Source of the DNA: an uncultured beta proteobacterium
GTDB lineage: Bacteria > Pseudomonadota > Gammaproteobacteria > Burkholderiales > JAEUMW01
DNA length: 64,000 nucleotides
NCBI GenBank assembly: GCA_963719715.1
Contig: CAVRDD010000049.1
Coordinates: forward strand, 314,000 to 377,999
Reading direction: 5' to 3'
Shown: piece by piece, positions 43,244 through 54,342 of the stretch
Layout of the letters: each line of letters opens with the position of its first letter
Numbering within the stretch: the first letter of the stretch is position 1
Translations under genes and position numbers: made by a program
The notes under the pieces: model-generated
Databases searched by the model: none
Told to the model about the DNA's origin: nothing
Seen by the model: only the letters and a program-made list of their open reading frames with translations

Positions 43244-43575
43244 TGGCGGAATGTTAGCGGGTAATCGAGCTCGCGTCAAACTGCTGGGCCGCGAGTCAGC
43301 GTGGCGCATCTTGTTCAGTCGGCCAACCAGCCTGCGTCTGGCTGGCCGCGCGGAGTGAGGTCTGCCGTCGGGCCGATACGAGCGGTCAAACACCTCCGCC
43401 ACGGCGCGTACGATCGCCTTCGCCGCCATGCTGTAGAGACGCGTTGTGGTCGTGTTGGTGCGAAGCGACGAAGTGTTCCCCGAAATCCGGCAAGTGGACA
43501 CTCCGCCTCGTATAATCGGGACCGCGGAAAAACCGGACTGGATTGGGCGACTGCGAATTGCGTCAAGGGGAGGGA

Positions 43576-44709
43576 ATGCAGCGAGCCAGAGCAATCGTTC
43601 TGCTTGCGCTAGCCGCAGTGCTGTTCGGTTGCAATGCGGGGGGCGACAAGGAAGCAGCGGGCCGTCCCACGGTCGAAGGTGACAGGATCATCTTTCCGCA
43701 GGATAGCGCTCAGCTCGGCGCGATCCTGACGGAGGCCGCGAAACCGGCGGGCGCCGGTTTGCTCCGCCTGCCCGGCCGCTTGGCATGGGACGAGGATCGG
43801 ACGGTTCGCATCTTTCCCGCGTTTGCGGGGCGGGTCGTGAAGATCTTCGTCAAGCCCGGCGACGCGGTCGCCAGCGGGCAGGTGCTCGCCCGACTCGCCT
43901 CACCCGACTTTGGACAGGCGCAGGCCGATGCACGCAAGGCCGCCAGCGACTTCGCGCTGGCACAGAAGACCCTCACCCGCGTGCGCGAACTCGCGGCAGG
44001 GGGTGTCGCGCCGCAACGCGAACTGCAGGCGGCGGAAAGCGAATACGCGCGCGCGGAGACGGAGCTCGCGCGCGCCAGCGGCCGCGTACGACTCTATGGC
44101 GGGACCCAGTCGATCGACAACAGCTTCGCGCTGAAGAGCTCCATCGCGGGAACGGTGGTCGAGCGGAACATCAATCCGGGCCAGGAATTGCGCCCGGATC
44201 TGATGCTCGGAAACGGCGCGCCGATGTTCGTCATCACTGATCCGTCGCAGCTTTGGGTCTTCCTTGACGCGACCGAGCGCGACTTGCCTTACCTCAAGGC
44301 CGGCGAGGCCATCGGACTGCGCTCCGACGCCTATCCCGGGGACACCTTTCGCGCCCGCATCGAATCGATCTCGCACTTCGTCGACCCGCACACCCGGACG
44401 ATCAAGGTGCGCGGTGCCCTGCCGAACCCCCGGGACGAGCTGAAGGGCGAGATGTTCGTCACGGCCGAGATCGAGACCGCTCCCGCCTCGGGGGTGGTGG
44501 TGCCGGCGAAGGCAGTCTTCCTGCAGGGCAGCACGCACTTCGTCTTCATCGAGGAGGCGCGCGGTCGCTACGTCCGCGCCGAAGTACAGACCGGCGCGGA
44601 AAGCGCAGGCGGCCTCACCGTCACCGGCGGTCTCGGACCGGGGCAGCGCGTCGTGGTCGACGGCAATCTCTTCCTTCAGCAGGTCTTGCGGTCCAAGGGA
44701 TCGTTGTGA
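43576..44709 (+). CDS. RND efflux membrane fusion lipoprotein (CzcB/CusB-like)
   Basis: Lipobox LFGC, biotinyl-lipoyl-like GDAVASGQVL, and VDPHTRTIKVR. Confidence 0.9.
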   Translation: MQRARAIVLLALAAVLFGCNAGGDKEAAGRPTVEGDRIIFPQDSAQLGAILTEAAKPAGAGLLRLPGRLAWDEDRTVRIFPAFAGRVVKIFVKPGDAVASGQVLARLASPDFGQAQADARKAASDFALAQKTLTRVRELAAGGVAPQRELQAAESEYARAETELARASGRVRLYGGTQSIDNSFALKSSIAGTVVERNINPGQELRPDLMLGNGAPMFVITDPSQLWVFLDATERDLPYLKAGEAIGLRSDAYPGDTFRARIESISHFVDPHTRTIKVRGALPNPRDELKGEMFVTAEIETAPASGVVVPAKAVFLQGSTHFVFIEEARGRYVRAEVQTGAESAGGLTVTGGLGPGQRVVVDGNLFLQQVLRSKGSL

Positions 44710-44761
44710 CCGCAGCTGCGTTCGTGGCAGGCACGCCCTCCGATTGGCGTGACACCGGCGG

Positions 44762-47700
44762 ATGATCGAGCGCCTCGTCTACTTCTCGCTCCGGCAGCCG
44801 CTCTTCATCCTGCTGGGGATGGTTATCTTCGTGGGCGGCGCCATCGCGGCGTTCCTGTCGCTGCCGATCGAGGCGTTCCCGGACGTGACCGATACCCAGG
44901 TGAACGTCATCTCGCTTTTCCCGGGCCGTGCAGCGGAAGAGGTCGAGCGTCAGGTCACGATCCCCCTCGAAGTCGTCCTGGCGGGAATCCCAAATTCAGT
45001 GCGCATGTTCTCGCACACCCAGTTCGGTCTCTCCTTCATCATTCTTACGTTCAACGATAAGGCGGACCCCTACTTCGCACGCCAGCAGGTCGTCGAACGG
45101 CTGCGCGAGGCTGACCTCCCGCAGGGCGTGCACCCCGAGCTTGCGCCGCTATCGACGCCCATCGGCGAGGTGTACCGGTACACGCTCAAGTCGGACATGG
45201 CCGACTCGCGCGAGCTGCGGACGCTGCAGGACTGGGTGGTGGTGCGTCAGCTCAAGCTGATTCCGGGCATTGCCGACGTCATCAGCCTGGGCGGGCTGAT
45301 CAAGCAGTACGAGGTCAACCCGGACCTCGCGAAGATGCGCGACCACGAGGTGACGCTGCAGCAGCTCTTCGATGCAGTGAGCCGCGGCAACGCAAACGCC
45401 GGCGGCAGCTACACCGAGCAGGGACGCCAGCAGTATCTGATTCGGGGGATCGGGCTGCTGCGGTCGGCCGACGACATCGGCAACATCGTCGTCGCGGAGC
45501 GCGCGGGGGTGCCCGTGCTCGTGAAACATGTCGCCGACATCACGATCGGCAATGTGCCGCGGCAGGGCATCGTGGGCAAGGACGCGGACGACGATGTCAC
45601 GAGCGGCATCGTACTCATGCGCAAGGGCGAAAACCCATCGCTGGTCCTCGCGCAGGTCAAGGCCAGGGTCGAGCAGATCAACGCCTCCATGCTGCCCAAA
45701 CACGTGAAGATCGAACCCTTTTACGACCGCACGTGGCTCATCGACAAGACGCTGAAGACGGTGTTCACCAACCTGGTAGAGGGGGCGCTGCTCGTGACCG
45801 CGGTGCTGATCCTCTTCCTCGGCAATCTGCGAGCCGCCTTCATCGTTGCCCTGATCATCCCGCTTTCGCTGCTGGCGACCTTTCTCGGTCTCACCTTCGT
45901 CGGCATCCCCGCAAATCTGTTGTCACTCGGTGCCATGGATTTCGGAATCATCGTCGATGGCGCGGTGATCGTCGTCGAGAACGTGTTTCGCAGACTGTCG
46001 GAAGACGCCGACGACCGTGTCCCGCGTCTGCAGAAGATCCTCGATGCAACCGTCGAAGTGGGCCGGCCGACACTGTTCTCGATGCTCATCATCATCTCGG
46101 CGCACATCCCCATCTTCACGCTGCAGCGGCACGAAGGCCGCATCTTCGCACCCATGGCGTGGTCGGTGACCTCGGCGCTGATCGGCTCCCTGATCCTCTC
46201 GCTCACGCTGGTGCCCCTCCTGTGCCTGAAGCTTCTGCCCAGGGTCCTGCCGCACGGCGAGAACGCGCTTGTGCACTTTCTGAAACGGCTCTACCTGCCC
46301 GCACTGCGCTGGGCACTCGCTCACCCCGGGCTTGTGATCGGCACTGCCATCGCCGCGCTGCTGGCGAGCCTCGCGATGTCGTCGCGGCTCGGCACCGAGT
46401 TCCTGCCGGAGCTGAACGAAGGCTCGATCTGGATCAACGCTCCCTTTCCGCCGTCTGTCTCGGTGACGGAGGCGCAGGAACTCACAAGGCGCATCCGCGC
46501 GACGATTGGTGCGATTCCGGAAGTCAACGCTGTCATGTCGAAAGCCGGCCGCCCCGAGGACGGCACGGACCCGAAGCTCATCAACATGGCCGAGTTCCTG
46601 GTCGATCTCAAGCCGGAAAGCGACTGGCGCAAAGGTGCCACCAAGGCACAGCTGATGGATGAGATGGAGGCAAGGCTGACCGTGATTCCGGGCATGGAGC
46701 CTTCCTTTTCGCAGCCAATCCGCGACAACGTGCTGGAATCGATCTCGCAGATCGACGGCCAGATCGTGATCAAGGTGTTCGGGGCCAATCTCGCGACGCT
46801 GCGCGAGCTGTCAGAGAAGACGCTGACCGCGATCCGCGACGTGCCCGGGGTCCGGCGGGCCTTCGTCGACCGGCTGGGCGAACTCCCGCAGGTTCTGATC
46901 GAGATCGACCGACCTGCGGCAGCGCGCTACGGCCTCAACGTCGGCGACGTCGAGGACGTGATCGAGACGGCGCTCGGGGGGGCGACCGCCACCCAGCTCT
47001 GGGAGGGAGAGCAGCGCTTCGCGGTGGTGGTGCGGCTCAAGGAAGCCGAGCGCGCCGTGTCGCGGCTGCAGGACGTCCTGGTGAGCACCGCTGCCGGGGC
47101 CTACGTACCGCTGTCGCAGGTCGCTACGTTCCGCAGCGTCGGCGGCAGCATGAACATCAGCCGCGAGAACGGCCGACGCGTGCAGTCGATCGGCATCTTC
47201 ATTCGCGACCGCGATATGGGCAGTGTTGTCGCCGACATGAAGGAGCGCGTCGCCGAGCGAGTGCAGCTTCCGCCCGGCTATTCGATGGCGTGGTCGGGCG
47301 AGTTCGAGAACCAGGAGCGGGCCATGGCGCGTCTCGCCATCATTGTTCCGCTGTCGATTCTGCTCATCTTCCTGCTGCTCTTCGACGCCTTCAAGTCGCT
47401 CCGGAGCGCGCTGCTCATCATCATCAACATTCCGTTCGCGATGATCGGTGGGATCTTCGCCCTGCTGCTCACGGGCATTCCGCTTTCCGTTTCCGCGGCG
47501 ATTGGGTTCATCGCCTTGTTCGGGCAGGCGGTGCTCAACGGCGTTGTCCTGGTCGCGCTCTTCAACCAGCTGCGAAACGCCGGCGCAACGCCTCTCGATG
47601 CGGTGATCCGGGGCTCGCTAACGCGCATGCGCACGGTCCTCATGACGGGGCTGCTCGCCATGCTCGGGTTGCTGCCGATGGCGATCTCGCATGCGATCGG

Positions 47701-47842
47701 TTCGGAAACCCAGAAGCCGCTCGCGGTGGTGGTCATCGGTGGACTGGTCTCGGCGACGCTCCTGACCCTGATCGTGCTGCCCACGCTCTACCTGGTGATT
47801 CACGAGCGCTTTCCAGCACGGGCGCTCGGCGGCGCGGGGTAG
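44762..47842 (+). CDS. Heavy-metal RND permease (CusA/CzcA family)
   Basis: LPIEAFPDVT, SLGAMDFGIIVDGAVIVVEN, EFLPELNEG and QKPLAVVVIGG. Confidence 0.95.
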   Translation: MIERLVYFSLRQPLFILLGMVIFVGGAIAAFLSLPIEAFPDVTDTQVNVISLFPGRAAEEVERQVTIPLEVVLAGIPNSVRMFSHTQFGLSFIILTFNDKADPYFARQQVVERLREADLPQGVHPELAPLSTPIGEVYRYTLKSDMADSRELRTLQDWVVVRQLKLIPGIADVISLGGLIKQYEVNPDLAKMRDHEVTLQQLFDAVSRGNANAGGSYTEQGRQQYLIRGIGLLRSADDIGNIVVAERAGVPVLVKHVADITIGNVPRQGIVGKDADDDVTSGIVLMRKGENPSLVLAQVKARVEQINASMLPKHVKIEPFYDRTWLIDKTLKTVFTNLVEGALLVTAVLILFLGNLRAAFIVALIIPLSLLATFLGLTFVGIPANLLSLGAMDFGIIVDGAVIVVENVFRRLSEDADDRVPRLQKILDATVEVGRPTLFSMLIIISAHIPIFTLQRHEGRIFAPMAWSVTSALIGSLILSLTLVPLLCLKLLPRVLPHGENALVHFLKRLYLPALRWALAHPGLVIGTAIAALLASLAMSSRLGTEFLPELNEGSIWINAPFPPSVSVTEAQELTRRIRATIGAIPEVNAVMSKAGRPEDGTDPKLINMAEFLVDLKPESDWRKGATKAQLMDEMEARLTVIPGMEPSFSQPIRDNVLESISQIDGQIVIKVFGANLATLRELSEKTLTAIRDVPGVRRAFVDRLGELPQVLIEIDRPAAARYGLNVGDVEDVIETALGGATATQLWEGEQRFAVVVRLKEAERAVSRLQDVLVSTAAGAYVPLSQVATFRSVGGSMNISRENGRRVQSIGIFIRDRDMGSVVADMKERVAERVQLPPGYSMAWSGEFENQERAMARLAIIVPLSILLIFLLLFDAFKSLRSALLIIINIPFAMIGGIFALLLTGIPLSVSAAIGFIALFGQAVLNGVVLVALFNQLRNAGATPLDAVIRGSLTRMRTVLMTGLLAMLGLLPMAISHAIGSETQKPLAVVVIGGLVSATLLTLIVLPTLYLVIHERFPARALGGAG

Positions 47843-47865
47843 CCTTGCCGTGGCGATAGCGATGG

Positions 47866-48622
47866 TTACGGCGCCCGCACCTCGATTCCTCGGGCGGCGA
47901 ACGCTTCGCGCAGCGCATGGGCAAAGCGGGCAGCATTCGGCTGATCGCCGTGCAGGCAGAGCGTGCCTGCTTCGACCTTGACCTCCGCACCCGGGGGACG
48001 TGCGCGCCTTGCCGTGCTCGACCAGCATCAGCGCTTGCGCAACTGCGGCGGCTTCGTCGACGATCAGCGCGTCGGGTTCACCGCGCGGGGTGAGCGTGCC
48101 GTCGGGCCGGTACGAGCGGTCGGCGAACACCTCGCTCACTGCCGTAAGGCCGAGCCGCGCGGCCGCTCCGATCATGGCGCTGCCGGCGAGCGCGTACAGC
48201 ATCACGCCGCCGCTCAGGTCCTTCACCGCGCGCGCAATCGCGTCGGCGAGCTCGGCATCCTGCGCAGCCATGTTGTAGAGCGCGCCGTGCGCCTTCACGT
48301 GATGCAGTCGCACGCCCTCGGCGCGGGCGAACGCTTCGAGCGCACCGGACTGATAGAGCACGAGGTCGTGGCACTCCTGCGCGGTAATCTTCATCGCCCG
48401 GCGCCCGAATCCTTGCAGATCGGGCAGCGACACATGCGCGCCGACCGCAACGCCGTGGCGGACAGCGAGCGTAACGGTGCTGCGCAGCGTCGATGGGTCG
48501 CCGGCGTGGAACCCGCACGCGATGTTCGCCGAGGACACGAGCGGCATCAGTGCGCGATCGTCGCCCATGGTCCAAGCGCCGTAGCTCTCGCCCATGTCGC
48601 AGTTGAGGTCAATCGTCCGCAT
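47866..48622 (-). CDS. pxpA: 5-oxoprolinase subunit A (LamB/YcsF); frameshift in a G-run near 47995
   Basis: IDLNCDMGES, ANIACGFHAGDP, HVKAHGALYN and EVFADRSY; LCLHGDQP lies in the shifted frame. Confidence 0.9.
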
Positions 48623-49622
48623 CGCCGAACTCCCAGAGAATTCGCTGCACCACCCGATCGACCCGCGTGTTGAGCGCCTCGCGCGCCGCATCTGCCTCCG
48701 CCAGCGTCGCCTGCGCAAACCGCAGTCGCGCGCCGGGGCCAAGTTGCGCCATGCGTGGAACGTCTGCGGCGATGACTTCCGCAATGCGCGGATAGCCGCC
48801 GGTGGTCTGGTGGTCGGCCATCAGCACGATCGGCTGTCCCGCGGGCGGCACCTGAACGGTTCCGCTGCATGTTGCCTGCGACAGGACATCGACCGGATGC
48901 GCGAGCGCAAGCTGCGATCCGGTAAGCCGCAATCCCATGCGATTCGAGTCGGGTGCGACACGCCAGTGCTCGCTATAGAACTGTTCACGCGAGACTTCAT
49001 CGAACAAATCCGCATGCATGCCCGCGAGTGTGCGGATGACGGACGCGTCATGCTCGGGCAACGTGAGGTCGGGTGCAAGCCAGCGCACCGTCTGCTTGTG
49101 CAAGGCGCGGGCGCCAGTGACGCGCGAAAAGCGTGTCCGCGCGAGCTGTTCCGCATTCGGAGCCAGCGGTACTTCGGCACCGCGCGCGAGCGAGCGTCCG
49201 TGCCAGCCGCCGAATCCCCCCGCGAGGTAGGTGCTGCGGCTGCAGAGCACCGGCTCGAAATCGAGCCCGCCGGCCACCGCGAGATAGCCGAAGCAACCGC
49301 GCGTGGCGCGCCCTATGCGCAGCCGTGCGCCTGACTGCAGCAGCACCGGGCGTGAAGCCGGCAGCGCAACGCCGTCGATCTCGGCGGCGAACCGCGCGCC
49401 GTGCAGCGCTACGAGGGTGTCGCACTCAAGGATGAGTTCGGGGCCGAGCAGCGCAAACTCGAGGGTGGCGCAGTCGGCGCGATTGCCGACGAGCGTATTC
49501 GCGATGCGGTGCGAGATCGGATCCATGGCGCCGCCAGGGACGACGCCGAGATGCTGGTGCCCCGGCCGTCCGCGGTCCTGCACGGTCGTCAGCACGCCGG
49601 GCCGCAGGATCCTGAGGCTCAT
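48609..49622 (-). CDS. pxpC: 5-oxoprolinase subunit C
   Basis: TTVQDRGR, GGAMD, SNRMGLRL and DHQTTGGYPRI. Confidence 0.92.
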   Translation of the reverse strand: MSLRILRPGVLTTVQDRGRPGHQHLGVVPGGAMDPISHRIANTLVGNRADCATLEFALLGPELILECDTLVALHGARFAAEIDGVALPASRPVLLQSGARLRIGRATRGCFGYLAVAGGLDFEPVLCSRSTYLAGGFGGWHGRSLARGAEVPLAPNAEQLARTRFSRVTGARALHKQTVRWLAPDLTLPEHDASVIRTLAGMHADLFDEVSREQFYSEHWRVAPDSNRMGLRLTGSQLALAHPVDVLSQATCSGTVQVPPAGQPIVLMADHQTTGGYPRIAEVIAADVPRMAQLGPGARLRFAQATLAEADAAREALNTRVDRVVQRILWEFGDADD

Positions 49623-50380
49623 CGTGCCGTCGGCTCGCGCGCGAGGCGCTCGAACTCCGCCGTTGGGATCGGCGTGAAGACGACGGCGTCCCCCGTTTCG
49701 AGCGGCGTCAGCGGCACGCGCATGGGATCGAACATGACGAGCGGCGTGCGCCCGATCACGTTCCAGCCGCCAGGTGTGGCGAACGGGTAGATCGAGGTCT
49801 GCGCGTTTGCGATGGCAATCGATCCGGGCTCGACGCGATGGCGTGGCGAACTGCGGCGCGGCATGACGAGCCGCGCGTCGAGACCACCCACATAGGCGTG
49901 GCCGGGAGCGAAGCCGATCATGAGCACGCGATGCGGCGAGGCTACGTGCAGGTCGATCACCTGCTGCGGATCAAGCCCGGTGTGCGCGGCAACCTCCAGC
50001 AGGTCCTGGGCGTAGGGCGGTTCGTAGCACACCGGAATCTCGATCGTGCGCGCGGAAGCACGCACAGTCTCGCTCCGGACTAGATCCAGCGCTTCGCGCA
50101 GGAGTGCTTCCAGAGCTGCGCGCCGCTCAGCCGCGTCACGCGCGGTCCGGGCGTCGAAATGCACCGTCACCGTAGCCAGGGCAGGCACGATGTCGGTCAC
50201 CCACGGCACGCCGCGCGCGCGGATTTCGAGCGCGACGCGAAAGGCGCGGTGGTTCGCGTTGAGGTCGAGCGTGTCGGCGAGCGTCAGCACGACCGCGCTG
50301 TCGCCCAGCGGTGCGACGCTCGGCCCGCCGCTGCGAGTAGGCGTGTTCGCGCTGTTATCTGGCTGTGCCTTTTTAGTCAT
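49619..50380 (-). CDS. pxpB: 5-oxoprolinase subunit B
   Basis: PLGDSAV, IEIPVCY, GFAPG and TPGGWNVIGRT. Confidence 0.92.
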   Translation of the reverse strand: MTKKAQPDNSANTPTRSGGPSVAPLGDSAVVLTLADTLDLNANHRAFRVALEIRARGVPWVTDIVPALATVTVHFDARTARDAAERRAALEALLREALDLVRSETVRASARTIEIPVCYEPPYAQDLLEVAAHTGLDPQQVIDLHVASPHRVLMIGFAPGHAYVGGLDARLVMPRRSSPRHRVEPGSIAIANAQTSIYPFATPGGWNVIGRTPLVMFDPMRVPLTPLETGDAVVFTPIPTAEFERLAREPTAR

Positions 50381-51366
50381 GCGCGGCCTTCCACGGGCAA
50401 GCGGCCTTCCTGCACAGCGTGGCAGGCCACGGTCCCGCTGCCGGCGGGCAGCAGTTGGGGACGTTCATGGCGGCAGCGATCGTTCATGTGTGCGCAGCGC
50501 GGGTGATACGCGCAGCCTGCGCGTAGATCCGCAGGATCGGGCGCTTCGCCGCACGGCCCGACATCTGGAATCCCGCGACCGGGTTCGGGCGAGAGCACGG
50601 CACTCATGAGTGTGCGCGCATAGGGATGTCGGGGCGCCTGGAACAGCGCCTGAGTCGTTGCCTCTTCGACGATGCGGCCCCCGTGCATGACTGCGACCCG
50701 CTGCGCCAGGTGCGGCACGATGCTGAGATTGTGGGTGATGAAGAGGATGGCCAGTCCGAGGTCTCGGTGCAGGTCCTGCAGCAGGTTCAGGATCTGCGCC
50801 TGCACCGACACGTCGAGCGCTGACGTGGGTTCATCGCAGATCAGCAGGCGCGGCTCAAGCATCAACGCCCTCGCTATCGCCACACGTTGTCTTTGGCCCC
50901 CCGAAAGTTCACCCGGATAGCGCTCGTAGAGACGGCTTGGCAAACCGACCCGCTGCATCATGGTCTCGACGCGCTCGCGCCGCGCCGCCGCCGTCTGCCT
51001 GGCGAGCACCTGCAGTGGCAGGGCAATGATGGAGCCCGCAGACTTCCGCGGATTGAGCGAACTGTACGGATCCTGGAAGACGGGCTGAACCACGCGTGCC
51101 ACGTGCTTGCGCGAGAGAACCGAGATCGGTTTTCCCTCGAGGCAGACGAGGCCCGCCGTGGGCGGCAGCAGGCCGAGCAACATGCGCGAGAGCGTGGTCT
51201 TCCCGCAACCGGATTCTCCCACCAGCGCCATCCCTTCAGCGGGCGCGATGCGCAAGCTGACCTCGTCAACGGCGTTGAGCCCTCGCCGCGGCGCGGGCCA
51301 CCAGCCACGCAGCGGGTATGCGTGTGAAACACGGTGCGCGTCGAGCAGCGGGGCTGCGGTATTCAT
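50377..51366 (-). CDS. Peptide ABC transporter ATPase (DppF/OppF-like)
   Basis: GESGCGKTT, LSGGQRQR, DEPTSALD, HPY and a C-terminal Cys motif. Confidence 0.93.
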   Translation of the reverse strand: MNTAAPLLDAHRVSHAYPLRGWWPAPRRGLNAVDEVSLRIAPAEGMALVGESGCGKTTLSRMLLGLLPPTAGLVCLEGKPISVLSRKHVARVVQPVFQDPYSSLNPRKSAGSIIALPLQVLARQTAAARRERVETMMQRVGLPSRLYERYPGELSGGQRQRVAIARALMLEPRLLICDEPTSALDVSVQAQILNLLQDLHRDLGLAILFITHNLSIVPHLAQRVAVMHGGRIVEEATTQALFQAPRHPYARTLMSAVLSPEPGRGIPDVGPCGEAPDPADLRAGCAYHPRCAHMNDRCRHERPQLLPAGSGTVACHAVQEGRLPVEGRA

Positions 51367-52427
51367 CGCGCAGGCTCCGTGGATTCCGCCGCGACAGTCT
51401 CCGCGGCGCGCAGGCAGCGCACGGCGTGGCCCGCTTCCGACCCGATCAGGGGTGGCGGCGCATTCCGACACGCATCGAGGACGAGCGGGCAACGGTCTGC
51501 AAAACGGCATCCGGTGAACTGCTCGAAAAGCGTTGGCACCACGCCCGCGAGGGCGCCAAGGTGTCGCCCTGGCACCGCAGTAGTGGACGTGGGCACGCAG
51601 GCGAGCAGGCCCCGCGTGTAAGGATGGCGCGGCGTCCGAAAGATCTGCGCTGCACTCGCCGACTCGACGATCTGTCCGGCATACATGACCAGCACACGCG
51701 TCGCCACCTGTGCCACGATCGAAAGGTCGTGGGTGATGAGGATCAGCGAGAGCTGAGAGTCGTGCTGCAACTCTTGCAGCAGGCGAAGGATCTGCGCCTG
51801 AAGCGTCACATCGAGTGCAGTCGTCGGTTCGTCGGCAATGACGAGCGCAGGCTCGCACATCAGCGCCATTGCGATCATGACGCGCTGACAGAGACCGCCC
51901 GAGAGCTCGTGCGGATACTGTTTCAGCCGCTGCAAAGCCGGGGTGACGCCAACGCGCTCGCACAATTCGATCGCCCGCGCACGGGCAGCGCGGGTGGAAG
52001 CATTGCGGTGCCTGCGCCAGACTTCCTCGAGCTGGGTTCCGACCGTGTACGAAGGGTTGAGTGAGCTTGCCGGATTCTGAAAGATCATGGCGACCCGGTT
52101 GCCTCGCAGATCCTCGATTTCCCGGTCGGTGAGGCTGAGCAGATCGCGTTCGAGAAAGGAGAGCCGCTCTGCCGAGCGTCTCGCGCCGGCTGGGAGGAGT
52201 TCCATGAGGGCGAACGCCGTCAGCGACTTTCCACATCCGGACTCACCGACAATGCAGACGGTTTCACCACGGTCGACGTGGAAGGAGGTTGCCTCGACCG
52301 CACGCAGCGCGCCTTCGGGCAACTGCAGGTCGACCGACAGATTCTCTACCGTGAGGATTCGCCGCGAACCGGGACTGTGCGGGACAACGGGCCGCTGCCT
52401 GTCAGCCAGCGAATCACGCACGCTCAA
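51363..52427 (-). CDS. Peptide ABC transporter ATPase (DppD/OppD-like)
   Basis: GESGCGKS, YPHELSGG, DEPTTALD and GCRFADRC. Confidence 0.93.
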   Translation of the reverse strand: MSVRDSLADRQRPVVPHSPGSRRILTVENLSVDLQLPEGALRAVEATSFHVDRGETVCIVGESGCGKSLTAFALMELLPAGARRSAERLSFLERDLLSLTDREIEDLRGNRVAMIFQNPASSLNPSYTVGTQLEEVWRRHRNASTRAARARAIELCERVGVTPALQRLKQYPHELSGGLCQRVMIAMALMCEPALVIADEPTTALDVTLQAQILRLLQELQHDSQLSLILITHDLSIVAQVATRVLVMYAGQIVESASAAQIFRTPRHPYTRGLLACVPTSTTAVPGRHLGALAGVVPTLFEQFTGCRFADRCPLVLDACRNAPPPLIGSEAGHAVRCLRAAETVAAESTEPAR

Positions 52428-53332
52428 GCATCCCGAACGCTTCGGACCTGCGGGGCCATCAGATCGCGCAGTCCGTCGCCAAACAGATTGATCGCGAGCA
52501 CCAGCACGAACAGCGCGCCGCCCGGCAGCGCGACGAGCCAGGGATCATAGAAAATGAGGCCGCGAGCTTCTGCCACCATCAGTCCCCAGGACGGCGTCGG
52601 CGGCTGAACGCCGAGGCCCAGGAACGACAGCGCGGACTCCAGCAGAATGGCGTGCGCCACTTCCAGTGTGGCGACGACGATCAAGGGTCCGGCGATATTT
52701 GGCGCCACCTCGGTGAGCAGAATGCGCGGCGTGGAACAACCGATCGCTCGCGCCGCCATGATGAACTCCTGCGAGCGGATCTGCTGCGTGGCGCTGCGCA
52801 GGACCACGGCGAAGCGATCCCAGAGCAGGAGGCCGAGCACTGCGATAACGACGGTCAATGACGAGCCGACGAGGCTCACGACGGCGAGCGCCACCAGTAC
52901 CACAGGCAGCGAAAGACGCACCGTGATGACGAAGTTCACGAACGTATCGACGCGCCCACCGAGATAGCCGGCCAGGGTGCCGAGGACCGTGCCGATGATG
53001 CCCGAGATGAGCATCGTGGAGAGCCCGACGAGAAGCGAAACGCGCCCGCCGTGGATGAGTCGGGACAGGTAGTCCCGGCCCAGCTGGTCGGTGCCCAGCG
53101 GATGCGTCCAGCTCACGCGCTCGCCGCCATCCCATATGGGTGGGATGAGCCGCCGCGAGAGGTCCTGATCCAGGGGATCGTGCGGCGACAGGACTGCCGC
53201 GAAGCTTGCCAGAAGCAGCACCGCCAGCAACAACGACGCCCCGACCACGAACCCGGGGTGTCTGCGCAGACGACGCAGCCCGCTGCGACCGCCGGGACCG
53301 GACATCACGCCTGCACTGGGCGTCGTCGCCAT
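52424..53332 (-). CDS. Peptide ABC permease (DppC-like)
   Basis: HPLGTDQLGRD and ESALSFLGLG. Confidence 0.93.
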   Translation of the reverse strand: MATTPSAGVMSGPGGRSGLRRLRRHPGFVVGASLLLAVLLLASFAAVLSPHDPLDQDLSRRLIPPIWDGGERVSWTHPLGTDQLGRDYLSRLIHGGRVSLLVGLSTMLISGIIGTVLGTLAGYLGGRVDTFVNFVITVRLSLPVVLVALAVVSLVGSSLTVVIAVLGLLLWDRFAVVLRSATQQIRSQEFIMAARAIGCSTPRILLTEVAPNIAGPLIVVATLEVAHAILLESALSFLGLGVQPPTPSWGLMVAEARGLIFYDPWLVALPGGALFVLVLAINLFGDGLRDLMAPQVRSVRDA

Positions 53333-53333
53333 C

Positions 53334-54251
53334 TCAGCTCAACCGGGCTCGCGGGTTGAGGAAGGCATTGGCCAGATCCGCCATCAGCGTGAGGCATACG
53401 TAGATGATGCTCACGACCAGGACGATGGCCTGCATGGTCGGCAGATCCTTGCGCTGGATCGATTCCCACGCCAGGTAACCGAGGCCGTCGATCTGAAACA
53501 GGGTTTCGATGACCACCGAGCCGCCGAGCATGACGCCGAATTGCACCGCCGCCAGGGACACGACCGGCACGATGGCATTGCGCAGGGCATGTTTGAACAA
53601 CACGGCGAAGGGTCTCAGGCCCTTTGCACGCGCGGTGCGGATGTAGTCCGAGGCCATGACGTCGAGCATGCACGTGCGCGTGAGTCGCACGATGCCCGCC
53701 AGCAAAGCAAGCCCGAGCGCAATCGCCGGCATGACGAAATGCCCCCACGACCCCGATCCGGAGACGGGCAGGAGCCGCCAGCGCACGCCCAGCCAGTAGA
53801 CCAGGGCGAGCGCGACGAGAAACGCCGGGAAGGCCTGCCCGATCGCGGCCAGCGCCAGCGCCAGCCGATCCACCGGCGTCTGCGGGCCCGCACCGGCCAT
53901 GACACCCAGCGGAATCCCCAGTGCCAGAGCGAAAGTCAGTGCACAGGCGGCGAGGATGAGGGTTGTCGGCAGTCGCGAGAAGATGATCTCGGCCACCGGG
54001 GCGCGCAGCGTGAGGGAATGACCGAGATCTCCCTGCAAGGCTGCCAGCAGCCAGTCGAGATACTGGCGCAGGAAGGGACGGTCGAAACCGTAGGCACTGC
54101 GGACGTTCTCGATTGCCTGCGCGTGTCCTCCCTCGCCGACCAGGGCAATCGCGGGATCACCCGATGCGTGGATCATCGCGAACGTGAGGAACGAGACGAC
54201 GAGTGCAACCAGGAGTGCAACGCCGAGTCGCTCAAGCGCGAATTTGAGCAT
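53334..54251 (-). CDS. Peptide ABC permease (DppB-like)
   Basis: GDPA, DYIRTARAKGL, HALRNA and NPR. Confidence 0.93.
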   Translation of the reverse strand: MLKFALERLGVALLVALVVSFLTFAMIHASGDPAIALVGEGGHAQAIENVRSAYGFDRPFLRQYLDWLLAALQGDLGHSLTLRAPVAEIIFSRLPTTLILAACALTFALALGIPLGVMAGAGPQTPVDRLALALAAIGQAFPAFLVALALVYWLGVRWRLLPVSGSGSWGHFVMPAIALGLALLAGIVRLTRTCMLDVMASDYIRTARAKGLRPFAVLFKHALRNAIVPVVSLAAVQFGVMLGGSVVIETLFQIDGLGYLAWESIQRKDLPTMQAIVLVVSIIYVCLTLMADLANAFLNPRARLS

Positions 54252-54342
54252 GAAGACCCTGTCGAGGCAACGAGCCGCCCGCGCTCACGCGCGTAACCGC
54301 GCTCCTGCCATGCCGTCGCCGGATCGTCGGGCGCGTCTCAGG

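Noticed and set aside
43576-47842. RND pump lacking an outer-membrane factor gene
   Set aside because: Two-gene RND loci that use an OMF encoded elsewhere are common.
41032-48622. Frameshifts in chrA, chrB and pxpA as programmed frameshifting or pseudogenisation
   Set aside because: Isolated single-base indels, some in homopolymers, in otherwise intact genes across the window are best explained by long-read errors.
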